Notes: generated by a model from the sequence alone, not told the origin. A DNA stretch of 14,750 nt from Candidatus Heimdallarchaeota archaeon (GCA_015523565.1 WAKA01000039.1:1-14750); one strand, 5' to 3'. Numbered from the stretch's first letter, positions 1 to 8,831 are shown. A program made the numbers and translations.

Positions 1-318
1 AATTGGAAACGAATGAGCCAATTGGCCACTGTCTTGAAGCGTCGTGGAGAGTTTCCTGCAAATATCGAGAAACGAATTGCAAAGGATCTTAATCCACAAA
101 TACGTCGTCTTTGGTTGGAACAGGTTGAGGGATTGGTGGTTGCTTTTTCAACATGGTTATATGTGGAATATTCGGGTGTTTATCCGTATCGGATAATGAA
201 GGAACTAGTCTATTTGGGTTGGATTATGGTGATGGCGGTCATCTCCAATCTGGCAGTATACTTATGGATAAAAAGAAAAGTCAGGAGGATTTCATTTGAC
301 AGGAGGCATTTCATTTGA
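1..318 (+). CDS. C-terminal part of a probable FtsX/MacB-type ABC permease (5' truncated by window edge)
   Basis: The frame is open from base 1 (aat tgg aaa cga atg), so ATG 13 is probably internal. LATVLKRRG resembles the LxxRG motifs in the 992 permease (LEKRG, LQMRG) and is followed by two hydrophobic helices. The stop overlaps the ATPase start (TTGA). Confidence 0.65.
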   Translation, partial: NWKRMSQLATVLKRRGEFPANIEKRIAKDLNPQIRRLWLEQVEGLVVAFSTWLYVEYSGVYPYRIMKELVYLGWIMVMAVISNLAVYLWIKRKVRRISFDRRHFI

Positions 319-995
319 TTGAAGTAAAAAACGTATACATGATTTATTCAGAACTTGTAGATACGGTTGCGTTGACGGACATTACCTTGACAATCAACAA
401 AGGGGAATTTGTTGCAATTGCGGGGTCAAATGCAAGTGGTAAAAGTACGTTATTGAAATGCATGGCAGGGTTTGAAGAGCCAAACAGCGGACACATTGTG
501 GTGGATGGAATGGTTCTTCGAGATATGACACTTGAGGAGAAGAAGGAATTTCGAAGCAAAAAGATTGGTTTCATTTTTCAGGACTTTGGTGTTCTGGATT
601 TCATGACTGTTGAAGAGAACCTGTGGCTTCCTCTTGAAATTGCAGGATTTTCCCCAGAGGCTTCAAAAAAGAAATTTGAACAAATTGTGACTGAATTTGA
701 CCTGAAGCCGCTTTTAAAACGGAAATGTACAGAGTTAAGCGGGGGACAACTTCAGAGGGTGGCAATAGCTGTTGGTGTCATCAACGAGCCAGAAATCATT
801 TTTGCAGACGAGCCAACCTCCCAGTTGGACAAGGTGTGGAGAAAGAAAACAATAGAGTTTTTTAAGAAACTGAACAAACAGGGAAAAACCATAGTCATGG
901 TGAGTCATGACCAATATGATCTTGAACAGGTACAAAGGATAATTATTCTGGACAAAGGATATCTGGAACAAGTGGTTGAGGTAAAGGGTCAATGA
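315..995 (+). CDS. ABC transporter ATP-binding protein, LolD/MacB/FtsE-like
   Basis: Walker A GSNASGKST, Q-loop IGFIFQ, signature LSGGQ, Walker B IIFADEPT, H-loop VSHD. AGGAGG lies upstream of the TTG start. Confidence 0.96.
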   Translation: MIEVKNVYMIYSELVDTVALTDITLTINKGEFVAIAGSNASGKSTLLKCMAGFEEPNSGHIVVDGMVLRDMTLEEKKEFRSKKIGFIFQDFGVLDFMTVEENLWLPLEIAGFSPEASKKKFEQIVTEFDLKPLLKRKCTELSGGQLQRVAIAVGVINEPEIIFADEPTSQLDKVWRKKTIEFFKKLNKQGKTIVMVSHDQYDLEQVQRIIILDKGYLEQVVEVKGQ

Positions 996-3151
996 AAATA
1001 AGGGTTGGACTAAGATTTGTCTTGTCAAAGAAAAGTCATTTGATGGGTATGACTGTTATTTTGATTCTTCTTATGGGGGGATTTGCCCTCATTACGCGAG
1101 AATTGGGAAATCAAAGGAAGAATGAGATTGTTGCATGGATGGAGACAGAGGGTGGAGAAATAACCCACCAATATCATTCAGGAGTGCTTAACTTTTCAAG
1201 AAATGAGTTGATTACAATTGATTCAGCCTTACTTGCCTTTCAAAATGAATTGGATGGAATGGATATTTTTTCATTCTGCAGTTTTGAAAATGACACAATC
1301 AGGATGTTGATCGGTTCATCGTCCGACCTAAGTTATTTTAACACTTCATTGCAGAAAATCCAGTTTACAGATACTGTTGGACGTTTGGTATGCAGATTCA
1401 GTTTTTCTGCAGAATGGATCATTCCTTCTTGGAGTGATCCATTAAGGAAAATAAACAGATATCTCCCATCAATGCAAAGCAGGCTCATTCAATTGACAAA
1501 TGTATTTTTTAAGCTCGAAAATCACATTTCATCCTTCAATGATATGCTTGAGGAAAAATACAGGGGTCTCATGTTTGTTTCATTCTTTGTATTTTCCCTA
1601 TTAACAGTGGTTTTTTCTAACATCCTCATATCATTGTTGAGAAGTCTACAGGATGAACTTAATGCTTTAGAGCAAAAATTGGAGAAACGGGGTTTTCTCT
1701 TTAAAATGTCTGCCAAAAACTTATTTTTTGCCGTGTGGGGAATATCTGCACTCACCACAATTTCCATGGTCAGACTTGCATATTGGATTGATGAGGCACT
1801 TGTTTTTGGTTTTCAACTAATGGTCTTGATTGCAGGAAACCGTGCAAATCTATATCGATCCACTCCGAAAAGTCTCATCCAATCCATATATTCGCCTACT
1901 GGCATTCTTTTCTTCTTTGGTGCGGGAATGGTTCTTCTGTTCAACCTTTTGTTTTCAGATCTTATGGACGGTAATTTAACCTCCCATATAGTCTTGATTG
2001 AGTTTCTTTTTTGGCTGGTGGTGACCCATTGGTTAGCTGAAAGATGGATTTGGTTTATCATGGATGCATTTATGAAAAAACCCCCAATATTTGGTAAAGC
2101 CATAAGACACAATCCTCTTCGGTCACAAGTATTTCTTCGAGCCATTTTCTTTGGAATAATGCTAATTTTGCTTAACCCCCTCATCATAAATGAGTTGAAA
2201 ATCGTGAAAGAAATGGAGACGATGACAACCAAATGGGGCGACGATACCCTGATTGCAAATACTGATATTCGAATGGAATTGCCTAATATCAAACTTGAAA
2301 AAGTCAAGAGTGTTCTTGCACTCGGCATAAAAACAGCACTGCTAAAAACGGAACTGTTTGAAAGTGAAATGGAAATGGGCTTTATTGATCTCCGCGAATT
2401 GCTCTCGTTTTCAAAAATCCGTATTTTTGACAGTTTGGACTTGAATTTGAACAATCAAAGCATACTGATCTCAAAAAGGGTTTCCGAACGTTACTTGCTT
2501 GAAATGAATGAAGAAGTTAGTGTTGAGATTAATGGAAGCTGGGTCAAGCTTATTGTCAAAGGAATCTTTACAAATTTTGGTTCATTGTATAATGAGAATG
2601 GTGGATTCGATTTTTTTCTTCCTTCAATAGCCCCCCTCGTCGACAAGACCATTTTAGGCATTAAGACCAACAATGGTTATAATCAACAGATGGTGATGAA
2701 ACAACTTGAGAAGGCAACTGGTGCAGAGATCGAAAATTGGGAGACCAATGCATTCAGAATGTCTAAATTAAGTGGTACACTTGTGGCAGTAATAAATATA
2801 ACGGGATTGTTGTCCTTATCTATTTGCGTAATGCTATTGAATTTACTTATCAGCGATATCCATCGCCATAAAAAAACACTTCAAATGAGAGGAAACGTGA
2901 ATCTTGATTTCAGGAAATTTTCAAAGGCTTGGCTAAAACTTTTTTCAAGCCTTGTTGTCCCTTCCATTATTGTGTCCATTGCTTTTCTGAACCACTTTAT
3001 TTACCGAATGATTCCACCATTTGTATTCCTTGAATTGATTGTCTCCAATTTTTTAAATCTGTTTCTACAGGTTATCTTCTTTTCAACCTTCTTGACAATC
3101 CTTGCAATCATTGTCAATATTGAACTTTTCATATCACAGGTTCGAAGGTGA
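992..3151 (+). CDS. FtsX/MacB-like ABC transporter permease (two-module, large extracellular loops)
   Basis: 719 aa with an ATGA overlap to the ATPase. The pattern TM, large soluble loop, TM cluster occurs twice. It has a MacB-like loop segment (ILISKRVSERYLLEMNEEVSVEINGSWVKLIVKGIF) and LxxRG motifs after TM helices. Confidence 0.78.
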   Translation: MKIRVGLRFVLSKKSHLMGMTVILILLMGGFALITRELGNQRKNEIVAWMETEGGEITHQYHSGVLNFSRNELITIDSALLAFQNELDGMDIFSFCSFENDTIRMLIGSSSDLSYFNTSLQKIQFTDTVGRLVCRFSFSAEWIIPSWSDPLRKINRYLPSMQSRLIQLTNVFFKLENHISSFNDMLEEKYRGLMFVSFFVFSLLTVVFSNILISLLRSLQDELNALEQKLEKRGFLFKMSAKNLFFAVWGISALTTISMVRLAYWIDEALVFGFQLMVLIAGNRANLYRSTPKSLIQSIYSPTGILFFFGAGMVLLFNLLFSDLMDGNLTSHIVLIEFLFWLVVTHWLAERWIWFIMDAFMKKPPIFGKAIRHNPLRSQVFLRAIFFGIMLILLNPLIINELKIVKEMETMTTKWGDDTLIANTDIRMELPNIKLEKVKSVLALGIKTALLKTELFESEMEMGFIDLRELLSFSKIRIFDSLDLNLNNQSILISKRVSERYLLEMNEEVSVEINGSWVKLIVKGIFTNFGSLYNENGGFDFFLPSIAPLVDKTILGIKTNNGYNQQMVMKQLEKATGAEIENWETNAFRMSKLSGTLVAVINITGLLSLSICVMLLNLLISDIHRHKKTLQMRGNVNLDFRKFSKAWLKLFSSLVVPSIIVSIAFLNHFIYRMIPPFVFLELIVSNFLNLFLQVIFFSTFLTILAIIVNIELFISQVRR

Positions 3152-3169
3152 TCCATTTGCTTAATTTGA

Positions 3170-3240
3170 CCAGTTTTGACATTGTTTTGGTAAACTGCGG
3201 CAGTTGATGGTTTTTATTGTTTTTGTCCATTTGTTTTTAG
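3170..3240 (+). terminator. Possible archaeal oligo-T terminator region between convergent genes
   Basis: Multiple T4-T6 runs (gttttttattgtttttgtccatttgttttt) follow the permease stop. Confidence 0.35.
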
Positions 3241-3258
3241 GTCTAGGTTACTTAGGCG

Positions 3259-4116
3259 TTATTCTTTTTCCTGTTTTATGCCTCTCTGTTCAAGTTCCTT
3301 CAATTTTTTCTTGAGGCTCTCCACCTCCTTTTGTGAATTTTCCCACTTTTCCTTGAATTCTTCGGCCTCCCTTTGGCTATTTTTCCATTTTTCTTCGAAT
3401 TTCTCTGCCTTGGTTTTCAGGATCTCGTTTGTTTTTCTGTCTATTAATACCAGCCTGTACCTTGGGTGATGCCTATTGTCTGACAAGTATTGTTTTTTAA
3501 GTTTCATGATCCCGAATTTAAACGGAAGCAAATCGGGTCTGACATCGATAACCTTGTCAAAATCAATCTCTGTGGGATGTTCTTCGTCGCAACAATGTTC
3601 TGCAATATTGATTATGTGGTAGCCTGTTTCTGACTTATATGTTATTCCCAAAAATGGTGCACTTACAAATTTTGGGCTAGGGATGTGTGAACTGAACACT
3701 GCATAGACTGGAATGTTCAACCGCTGGCATTGCATTGCGATTGCACCAAGATCATTGTTGTATGTAGAGGATGAAAGGATATTGATGACCAATGTAGGAA
3801 CCCTTTTGAATTTATTTGCGTCATAGGAGGGAAGGTCAGCCTCTATCTTTAAATTTCGGAAATAGGAAATGTCGAATTGGAGATCAATTTTCTCACCATC
3901 CTCCATGAAATAATGATGTAGGTCCCATATCGTCCTGTCATTTGGGAAGTTTGTTGTAAGAACGTCATGGAGGTACGATATCTCTGCCGAATGGGGTTCA
4001 CTTTCTCGTCTTCCCAATCTTGGAGTGGGGCTTGGCTTTTGTTTCGCTAATTCCTGAGCCGCTTTTTCATGTCTAGTGCTTCGAAATGGTTCATTTATTG
4101 TTTCAGAGATGCCCAT
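3259..4116 (-). CDS. Uma2-like PD-(D/E)xK restriction-endonuclease-fold protein with C-terminal coiled coil
   Basis: It has an N-terminal His helix (EPHSAEISYL), QFDISYF at the PD-like position, PTLVINILSSSTYNND (cf. Uma2 PxLVIEILSPSTxxxD) and LNIPVY (cf. GIPEY). The C-terminus is an E/K-rich coiled coil. Confidence 0.68.
   Translation of the reverse strand: MGISETINEPFRSTRHEKAAQELAKQKPSPTPRLGRRESEPHSAEISYLHDVLTTNFPNDRTIWDLHHYFMEDGEKIDLQFDISYFRNLKIEADLPSYDANKFKRVPTLVINILSSSTYNNDLGAIAMQCQRLNIPVYAVFSSHIPSPKFVSAPFLGITYKSETGYHIINIAEHCCDEEHPTEIDFDKVIDVRPDLLPFKFGIMKLKKQYLSDNRHHPRYRLVLIDRKTNEILKTKAEKFEEKWKNSQREAEEFKEKWENSQKEVESLKKKLKELEQRGIKQEKE
3325..3408 (-). repeat. Two imperfect 42-bp tandem units encoding 14-aa coiled-coil repeats
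   Basis: AEKFEEKWKNSQRE (3367-3408) and AEEFKEKWENSQKE (3325-3366). Confidence 0.85.
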
Positions 4117-4139
4117 TCATGATACTTTAGGTTTTTTGC

Positions 4140-4154
4140 GTTAAAAGGTTTTTC
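4140..4154 (-). promoter_or_regulatory. Putative archaeal BRE-TATA promoter for the Uma2-like gene
   Basis: The minus strand reads gaaaaaccTTTTAAc, ending about 24 nt upstream of ATG 4116, which fits a leaderless transcript. Confidence 0.55.
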
Positions 4155-4571
4155 AATAAGGGATCATCTGCCTCTTTCTTTATAAAAAAATGGCAGGAGG
4201 CCATATTTTGATTTAGAAATGCAGTTCAACTCCAATTATCAACAGATGTTTCTGTTTTTGGATTAACAAGTCATAATTTTGTTGATGAGTGCAAATTATA
4301 ATTGATTTATATGATTTATATGAAAACGGGGGTTGATACAAAGTTCTTCTTGTTTTTTCTTGCTTGACTTGTTTGCACATTAGTGACAACAATTGGATTG
4401 AAAAGAGATTAAGATGATTGTATCATTTGTTTGGAGGTGATGTTGGGTGGTGTGTGCTTCTTTGACTTTTGAGAGATCTAGTTTCAGGGAGTTATATCCC
4501 CTTCATATTCATTATATATTAGACCCCCTTGCCATTCAAGGTTAGCACCAAGCAGAAAAAGTTACACTGTA

Positions 4572-4588
4572 GGAAATATATTTATTAG
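4572..4588 (+). promoter_or_regulatory. Putative archaeal BRE-TATA promoter for the surface protein/SBP operon
   Basis: ggaaatataTTTATTAg lies about 27 nt upstream of GTG 4615. Confidence 0.5.
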
Positions 4589-4614
4589 GGTTTGAAATAA
4601 AAATTAACTCCTAG

Positions 4615-5832
4615 GTGAACATATTGTATACCTTTAACAGATATATGGTTCTAGTTATTCTTATTTTGGCAGGTTTAATCCCTGCCGGAATTAGTGTTTT
4701 CGTGAAAAAACAGTCCGTTTCACAAGTTCAATCCACACCTGATCTCAATGTTCAGATTGTTGAGATCGGTGCATCAGAAGTGCAACTCTTGCAACCAGTC
4801 AGTGAAACACCAATACCTGCCTATCACCTGAACAGTTCCCGAATGTTCACTATCCTCTATCTCAAATTGAATTTTACAGGAACGACGACAGTTGATGGGA
4901 AACAATTGAGCGGGCAACCCACAGTCATCATGGATGGAGCTATTTTTCCAATTCGTTCTAGGTACAACGGGTTCCGTATGTTCTTGACCTTGACTCAGGG
5001 GACACACATCATTTCCCTTGTCAATATTGGGATTTCGGGGAACGCGGGGGAGTACGCACCAACTGTTTCCCATACAAGCTTTCTTGTCCATGTGGGTTCG
5101 CAACCAAAAATACCTTCCTTGACGGGTTTTCAGGCATCCTACGAACTTAACATCACATATGACCCAAACCGAGGGTTCAATAGGCAACTGGCACATTTGG
5201 ATAAGGCATTTGTCCAACCTCGCATCATTGAGGGGAACTATTCTGTTTTCAATGCTACACTTGAAGGCACTGGTTTTGTTGGTGACTTGGATTCTTCTGC
5301 ATTCACACCTGTCCAAGGGATAACTTTCTTGCAGACTGCTGATGGCATGAGAAATATTTCTGTGTCAGGCACGGTGGAAACTATGGCCTTTGGAAATGAT
5401 TTACCTATTGCAAATTTCATTTCAATGTATCCGATTGGCTACGGTTCCACATCACAATACGGAAACATGTCTTTCTTTGGTTTGGATGCCGTATCTTTTC
5501 GTGGTATATCGATAGGTAGCACCAACACCACAGATGTTCCCTCAACATCCACAGGGGTCACAACGGGAATTACGACTTCCACAAATGCAACAGCACCCAC
5601 AGATACTACAACGGAGCCAACAACAACCAAAGACACTACAACGGAGCCAGCAACCCCCACAGACACTACAAATGGAATCTCAACACCAACAACGACAACA
5701 ATAGGAACACAGGCATCATCATCCGCATCAAATGCTAAGTCTGAAACCAGCCCAGTTTTAAAAACCCCCATTCTTTCAGTTCCGATAGGAGTGGCGGTGT
5801 CAATGGTTATTTTAAGGAGGAAGAAGAAATGA
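4615..5832 (+). CDS. Cell-surface glycoprotein: signal peptide, beta-rich (Ig-like?) domains, Thr-rich stalk, C-terminal TM + basic tail
   Basis: Hydrophobic N-terminus, many NxS/T sequons, a Thr/Pro-rich linker, and the C-terminus TPILSVPIGVAVSMVILRRKKK. The true start may be ATG 4645. Confidence 0.8.
   Translation: MNILYTFNRYMVLVILILAGLIPAGISVFVKKQSVSQVQSTPDLNVQIVEIGASEVQLLQPVSETPIPAYHLNSSRMFTILYLKLNFTGTTTVDGKQLSGQPTVIMDGAIFPIRSRYNGFRMFLTLTQGTHIISLVNIGISGNAGEYAPTVSHTSFLVHVGSQPKIPSLTGFQASYELNITYDPNRGFNRQLAHLDKAFVQPRIIEGNYSVFNATLEGTGFVGDLDSSAFTPVQGITFLQTADGMRNISVSGTVETMAFGNDLPIANFISMYPIGYGSTSQYGNMSFFGLDAVSFRGISIGSTNTTDVPSTSTGVTTGITTSTNATAPTDTTTEPTTTKDTTTEPATPTDTTNGISTPTTTTIGTQASSSASNAKSETSPVLKTPILSVPIGVAVSMVILRRKKK
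5590..5679 (+). repeat. Three imperfect 30-bp tandem units encoding Thr-rich decapeptides
   Basis: TAPTDTTTEP / TTTKDTTTEP / ATPTDTTNGI, with recurring DNA agaYactaca(acggagcca). Confidence 0.85.
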
Positions 5833-7970
5833 AGGTGAAATCCATTCTTTTGATCTTGGTTTTTTTGGGTTCAAGCCTTGCAATCTTTAACGTGAATGCA
5901 CAGTCTTCGGAACCGAATTTCACCATTGTGATTCAAACAAATGAGGGGAATGTACTGCGAGAGGCTTATGCCAACTATTTAGCCACAGTGCTTCCTTATT
6001 TGGGTATCAAGGTTGAATTGCGTTTTCTGCCCTTCCACCAATTTGTTGGGGACTTACTCTTTGCCACCTCCAAACCATATGGCATCGGGATTATGGGATT
6101 TGTTGGTGGTTCTGTCATCGCCCCTGACCTCTATGAGCGTTATCATAGCCAAGGGTTGTTCGGAAACTACCTTTATCAATTGTCTTCGAATGAATGGCAG
6201 TCTTGGTTGCCCAACGACCCTGGCAGTGGCGGGGTCACCCAACGTGAAGTGGACGACCTTATTGGCAACATAACAAACTCCTTCGATCTGCTTGGCGAGA
6301 GAAAGCAATTGACCCTGCAATTCCAGCAGATGTTCATGGAGCAGTTGCTTTATGACTATCCGCTTCTTGCACCCACTAACATTTTCTCAATCTGGCATGG
6401 TCTTGAGAACTTCGATCCTGAAGAGGGGACCCTTGGCTCTGCATACCTTGGTGCATATTGGGGCAATGAAACCTCTCCCGACAGACAAAACAATGGCACA
6501 ACCATTTCAGAAATGCTCCTTTCCGTTAATGGAAACTTTGATCCCCTCCAAGTTTCAGATGCAGAAACCCAAACTGTGCTTGAGGGATTGTTCCCCCAAC
6601 TGCTGATGTTTTCAAAGAAGGATTACAGTCCTCATCCATGGTTGGCAAAACAATTCAATTGGACCACTTGGCATAATGCCCCGAATCCAGATCCAATGGT
6701 TGGTGGCACGGTTGACATTCCAAATGGAAGATTGGATTTCTATATCTATGATGATTGGCTTTGGAGATATCCCAACGGCACAGTCTTAGGACCCGTAACC
6801 GTGGATGATGTCAAGTTCACATTTGATGTGATGCGTGCCAATAATACCTTGGTTGTCGGACAGTCAAGAGTTGATTCGATCGATCATATTGAAGTCAATG
6901 CAACAGAAAACAGAGTATCATTTTTCGTCACCCATCCCAAACTCGAAGACCTCTACAATTTCGGAACCGTCCAGCTCATTCCCTATGGATTGCTCGGCGG
7001 TGATCTGACCTTTGCAAACGGAACTGTGATTCGTGCCTTGGAAAATTCATCTGCCCCCTTGGACTTCTGGCATTACAACCCTCTGGAAACACAGGAATGG
7101 AATGCTTTCGAGGACAATCCTGTCCAAGCAGGACCTTATTACATCGACTTTTCCGACACCAGTCAATACAAACCTGGGGAGTATATCTATAAGTGGGCAA
7201 ATCCAGACTTCACATTCCCTAATGAATGGGACAGTCCAAATTTCGATCTGAGAACACCTACCGCAGAGGATGCATACTTTTTCACTTGGGCTGACGATCC
7301 TGCCACTGCTACAAGGGAAAAACCCCCCAAGCTCCTTATCAATCAATTCTATTACCCAGTCTCAACGGACATCAACAACAAACTGCAACTTTTCAAGACA
7401 GGAATGGTTGACGTTCTCCCTCTGTTTCTCTTTGGAACGGCAGAACTAAGAGCTCAGCTTGACAATCCTCTTTTTGACATCCATGCTCTTTCAACAACAG
7501 CTACAGCAGACCTCTTGATCTTCAACCTGCTCGACCCAAACCTGAAGAAATACAATGTCAGAAGAGCAATTGCACACATGGTGGACAAGGAATCTCTCAA
7601 CTACATCACCATGAACCTTCGGGAACCACAAGACTCACCTGTCAAGCCATTCTTCAAGAACAATTTTTACTCAAAGCAATGGAAAATCCCATTTGATTAC
7701 GAGGCGGCGAAATCGCTTATGAGGCAAGAAGGCTATTCCGTCCCCAATGGTCGTTTTGTACCGCCAATTCTCTCTTCTGTTGATACGATGGGAGAAATGG
7801 ACGATTCTCTGCAACTTGACGGGTTATTCATCTTGCCTCCTACACAACCCAATGTAGCAGAATCCCGTGAACTTTCCCCTGATGGACTGATCCTCTCTTT
7901 CCTTGCGGTTTTTGCAATACTGCCCATCCTTCGACGAAAAACTGCAATTTCTAAAAAAAGATCGATTTAG
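5829..7970 (+). CDS. ABC transporter solute-binding protein family 5 (OppA/DppA-like), circularly permuted, C-terminally membrane anchored
   Basis: Signal peptide plus family-5 motifs FDPL, PHPWLA, VTVDDVKFTFD, AGPY, NVRRAIAHMVDK, PQDSP, FDYEAAKSLMRQEG, LGIKVEL, EVDDLI and ERKQL..QFQQ. It ends in TM + RRK. There is an ATGA overlap and an AGGAGG RBS. Confidence 0.9.
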   Translation: MKVKSILLILVFLGSSLAIFNVNAQSSEPNFTIVIQTNEGNVLREAYANYLATVLPYLGIKVELRFLPFHQFVGDLLFATSKPYGIGIMGFVGGSVIAPDLYERYHSQGLFGNYLYQLSSNEWQSWLPNDPGSGGVTQREVDDLIGNITNSFDLLGERKQLTLQFQQMFMEQLLYDYPLLAPTNIFSIWHGLENFDPEEGTLGSAYLGAYWGNETSPDRQNNGTTISEMLLSVNGNFDPLQVSDAETQTVLEGLFPQLLMFSKKDYSPHPWLAKQFNWTTWHNAPNPDPMVGGTVDIPNGRLDFYIYDDWLWRYPNGTVLGPVTVDDVKFTFDVMRANNTLVVGQSRVDSIDHIEVNATENRVSFFVTHPKLEDLYNFGTVQLIPYGLLGGDLTFANGTVIRALENSSAPLDFWHYNPLETQEWNAFEDNPVQAGPYYIDFSDTSQYKPGEYIYKWANPDFTFPNEWDSPNFDLRTPTAEDAYFFTWADDPATATREKPPKLLINQFYYPVSTDINNKLQLFKTGMVDVLPLFLFGTAELRAQLDNPLFDIHALSTTATADLLIFNLLDPNLKKYNVRRAIAHMVDKESLNYITMNLREPQDSPVKPFFKNNFYSKQWKIPFDYEAAKSLMRQEGYSVPNGRFVPPILSSVDTMGEMDDSLQLDGLFILPPTQPNVAESRELSPDGLILSFLAVFAILPILRRKTAISKKRSI

Positions 7971-8009
7971 ACAATGAATTCCTTCATTGAAGTAAAATTG
8001 AGTATTTAA

Positions 8010-8831
8010 TTATTTGACTGCAAAAAAACATTTCAGATAATCTATTTTGTTATGTTTCATATTTTTGTTATATTCCATGTAACTCTTTAAGTTCTTCTCT
8101 GCCATCTTCAATTTCCTTGTTAAATCTTTATGTTCTTGGTTTGTAAGACTCAATACCCCATTATATAAATGTGGAGATTTCCCTTCCCTGATTTTAGGCA
8201 GTATTTTTTTTATGAAGAAATTTCCGAATAAAACAGGGCTTCTTTTGATGGGGGGGAGCCCTCTCTCCATTTCCTCAAGAATAATCAATTCAAGGTAAAA
8301 GGAAGGAAGAGGAACCGAGTTTTGTTTCTTCCAGAACTTCACAATTCGTGTGAAATGGGAAAATAGCCCATATGTGTTTCCATTTACTTTTTTTACCCTG
8401 TTTTTAATCTCATATGGTTTCGTATAAATAGAATTTTCTCCTTCAGGAATTTTATATTCCCCTTGATTTTTTGTTCTGAAAGCTGGAACAAGCTCGAATT
8501 TTACCTCGTCGAGAATAACGCCAATAGTATGGGGTTGCGGTCGTATCGGATTTTCAGGCCATTTTCTTTGCACTTCTGCGTACAATTCATCTTGAGCTTG
8601 ATGGATATCGTTATCAAACTCCTTGGGGTCATCAATCTCCACAAATATGTCGATGTCTGAAGACGGAAGGTTTGTTTTCCTTCCAAATGAACCGCTGGTG
8701 AATTTCCGTTTCACGAATGGGAGTTCGTCAACAAATTCAAAAACCACCTGACGCTTTCTTTTTGCTTTTTCTTTCCACTCTTTGTTGTAAATCAAATTAT
8801 TCAATTCTTTGTTGAACCACTTCTTGCTCAA
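8010..8831 (-). CDS. Pol-beta superfamily nucleotidyltransferase, cGAS/DncV-like (SMODS/CD-NTase type)
   Basis: SGSFGRKTNLPSSDIDIFV (GS...DxD), QPHTIGV, FELVPAF (third acidic residue), YKIP, TKP and RIVKFWK..PSFYLELI. The 273-aa length fits minimal CD-NTases. Confidence 0.82.
   Translation of the reverse strand: MSKKWFNKELNNLIYNKEWKEKAKRKRQVVFEFVDELPFVKRKFTSGSFGRKTNLPSSDIDIFVEIDDPKEFDNDIHQAQDELYAEVQRKWPENPIRPQPHTIGVILDEVKFELVPAFRTKNQGEYKIPEGENSIYTKPYEIKNRVKKVNGNTYGLFSHFTRIVKFWKKQNSVPLPSFYLELIILEEMERGLPPIKRSPVLFGNFFIKKILPKIREGKSPHLYNGVLSLTNQEHKDLTRKLKMAEKNLKSYMEYNKNMKHNKIDYLKCFFAVK

Noticed and set aside
1813-2454. 213-aa minus-strand ORF
   Set aside because: It lies fully antisense to the permease, has a Ser/Ile/Lys-biased shadow composition and shows no motifs.
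5590-5679. 30-bp periodic repeats as a CRISPR array
   Set aside because: These are contiguous in-frame coding repeats with no unique spacers and no cas genes.
4774-5771. Minus-strand ORFs of 180, 60 and 110 aa
   Set aside because: They are antisense to the surface glycoprotein. The Val-rich ORF is simply the complement of Thr codons.
8010-8831. Class I archaeal CCA-adding enzyme
   Set aside because: It shares the GS..DxD head but is too short to hold the body/tail domains. The C-lobe KFWK..PSFYLE looks CD-NTase-like instead.
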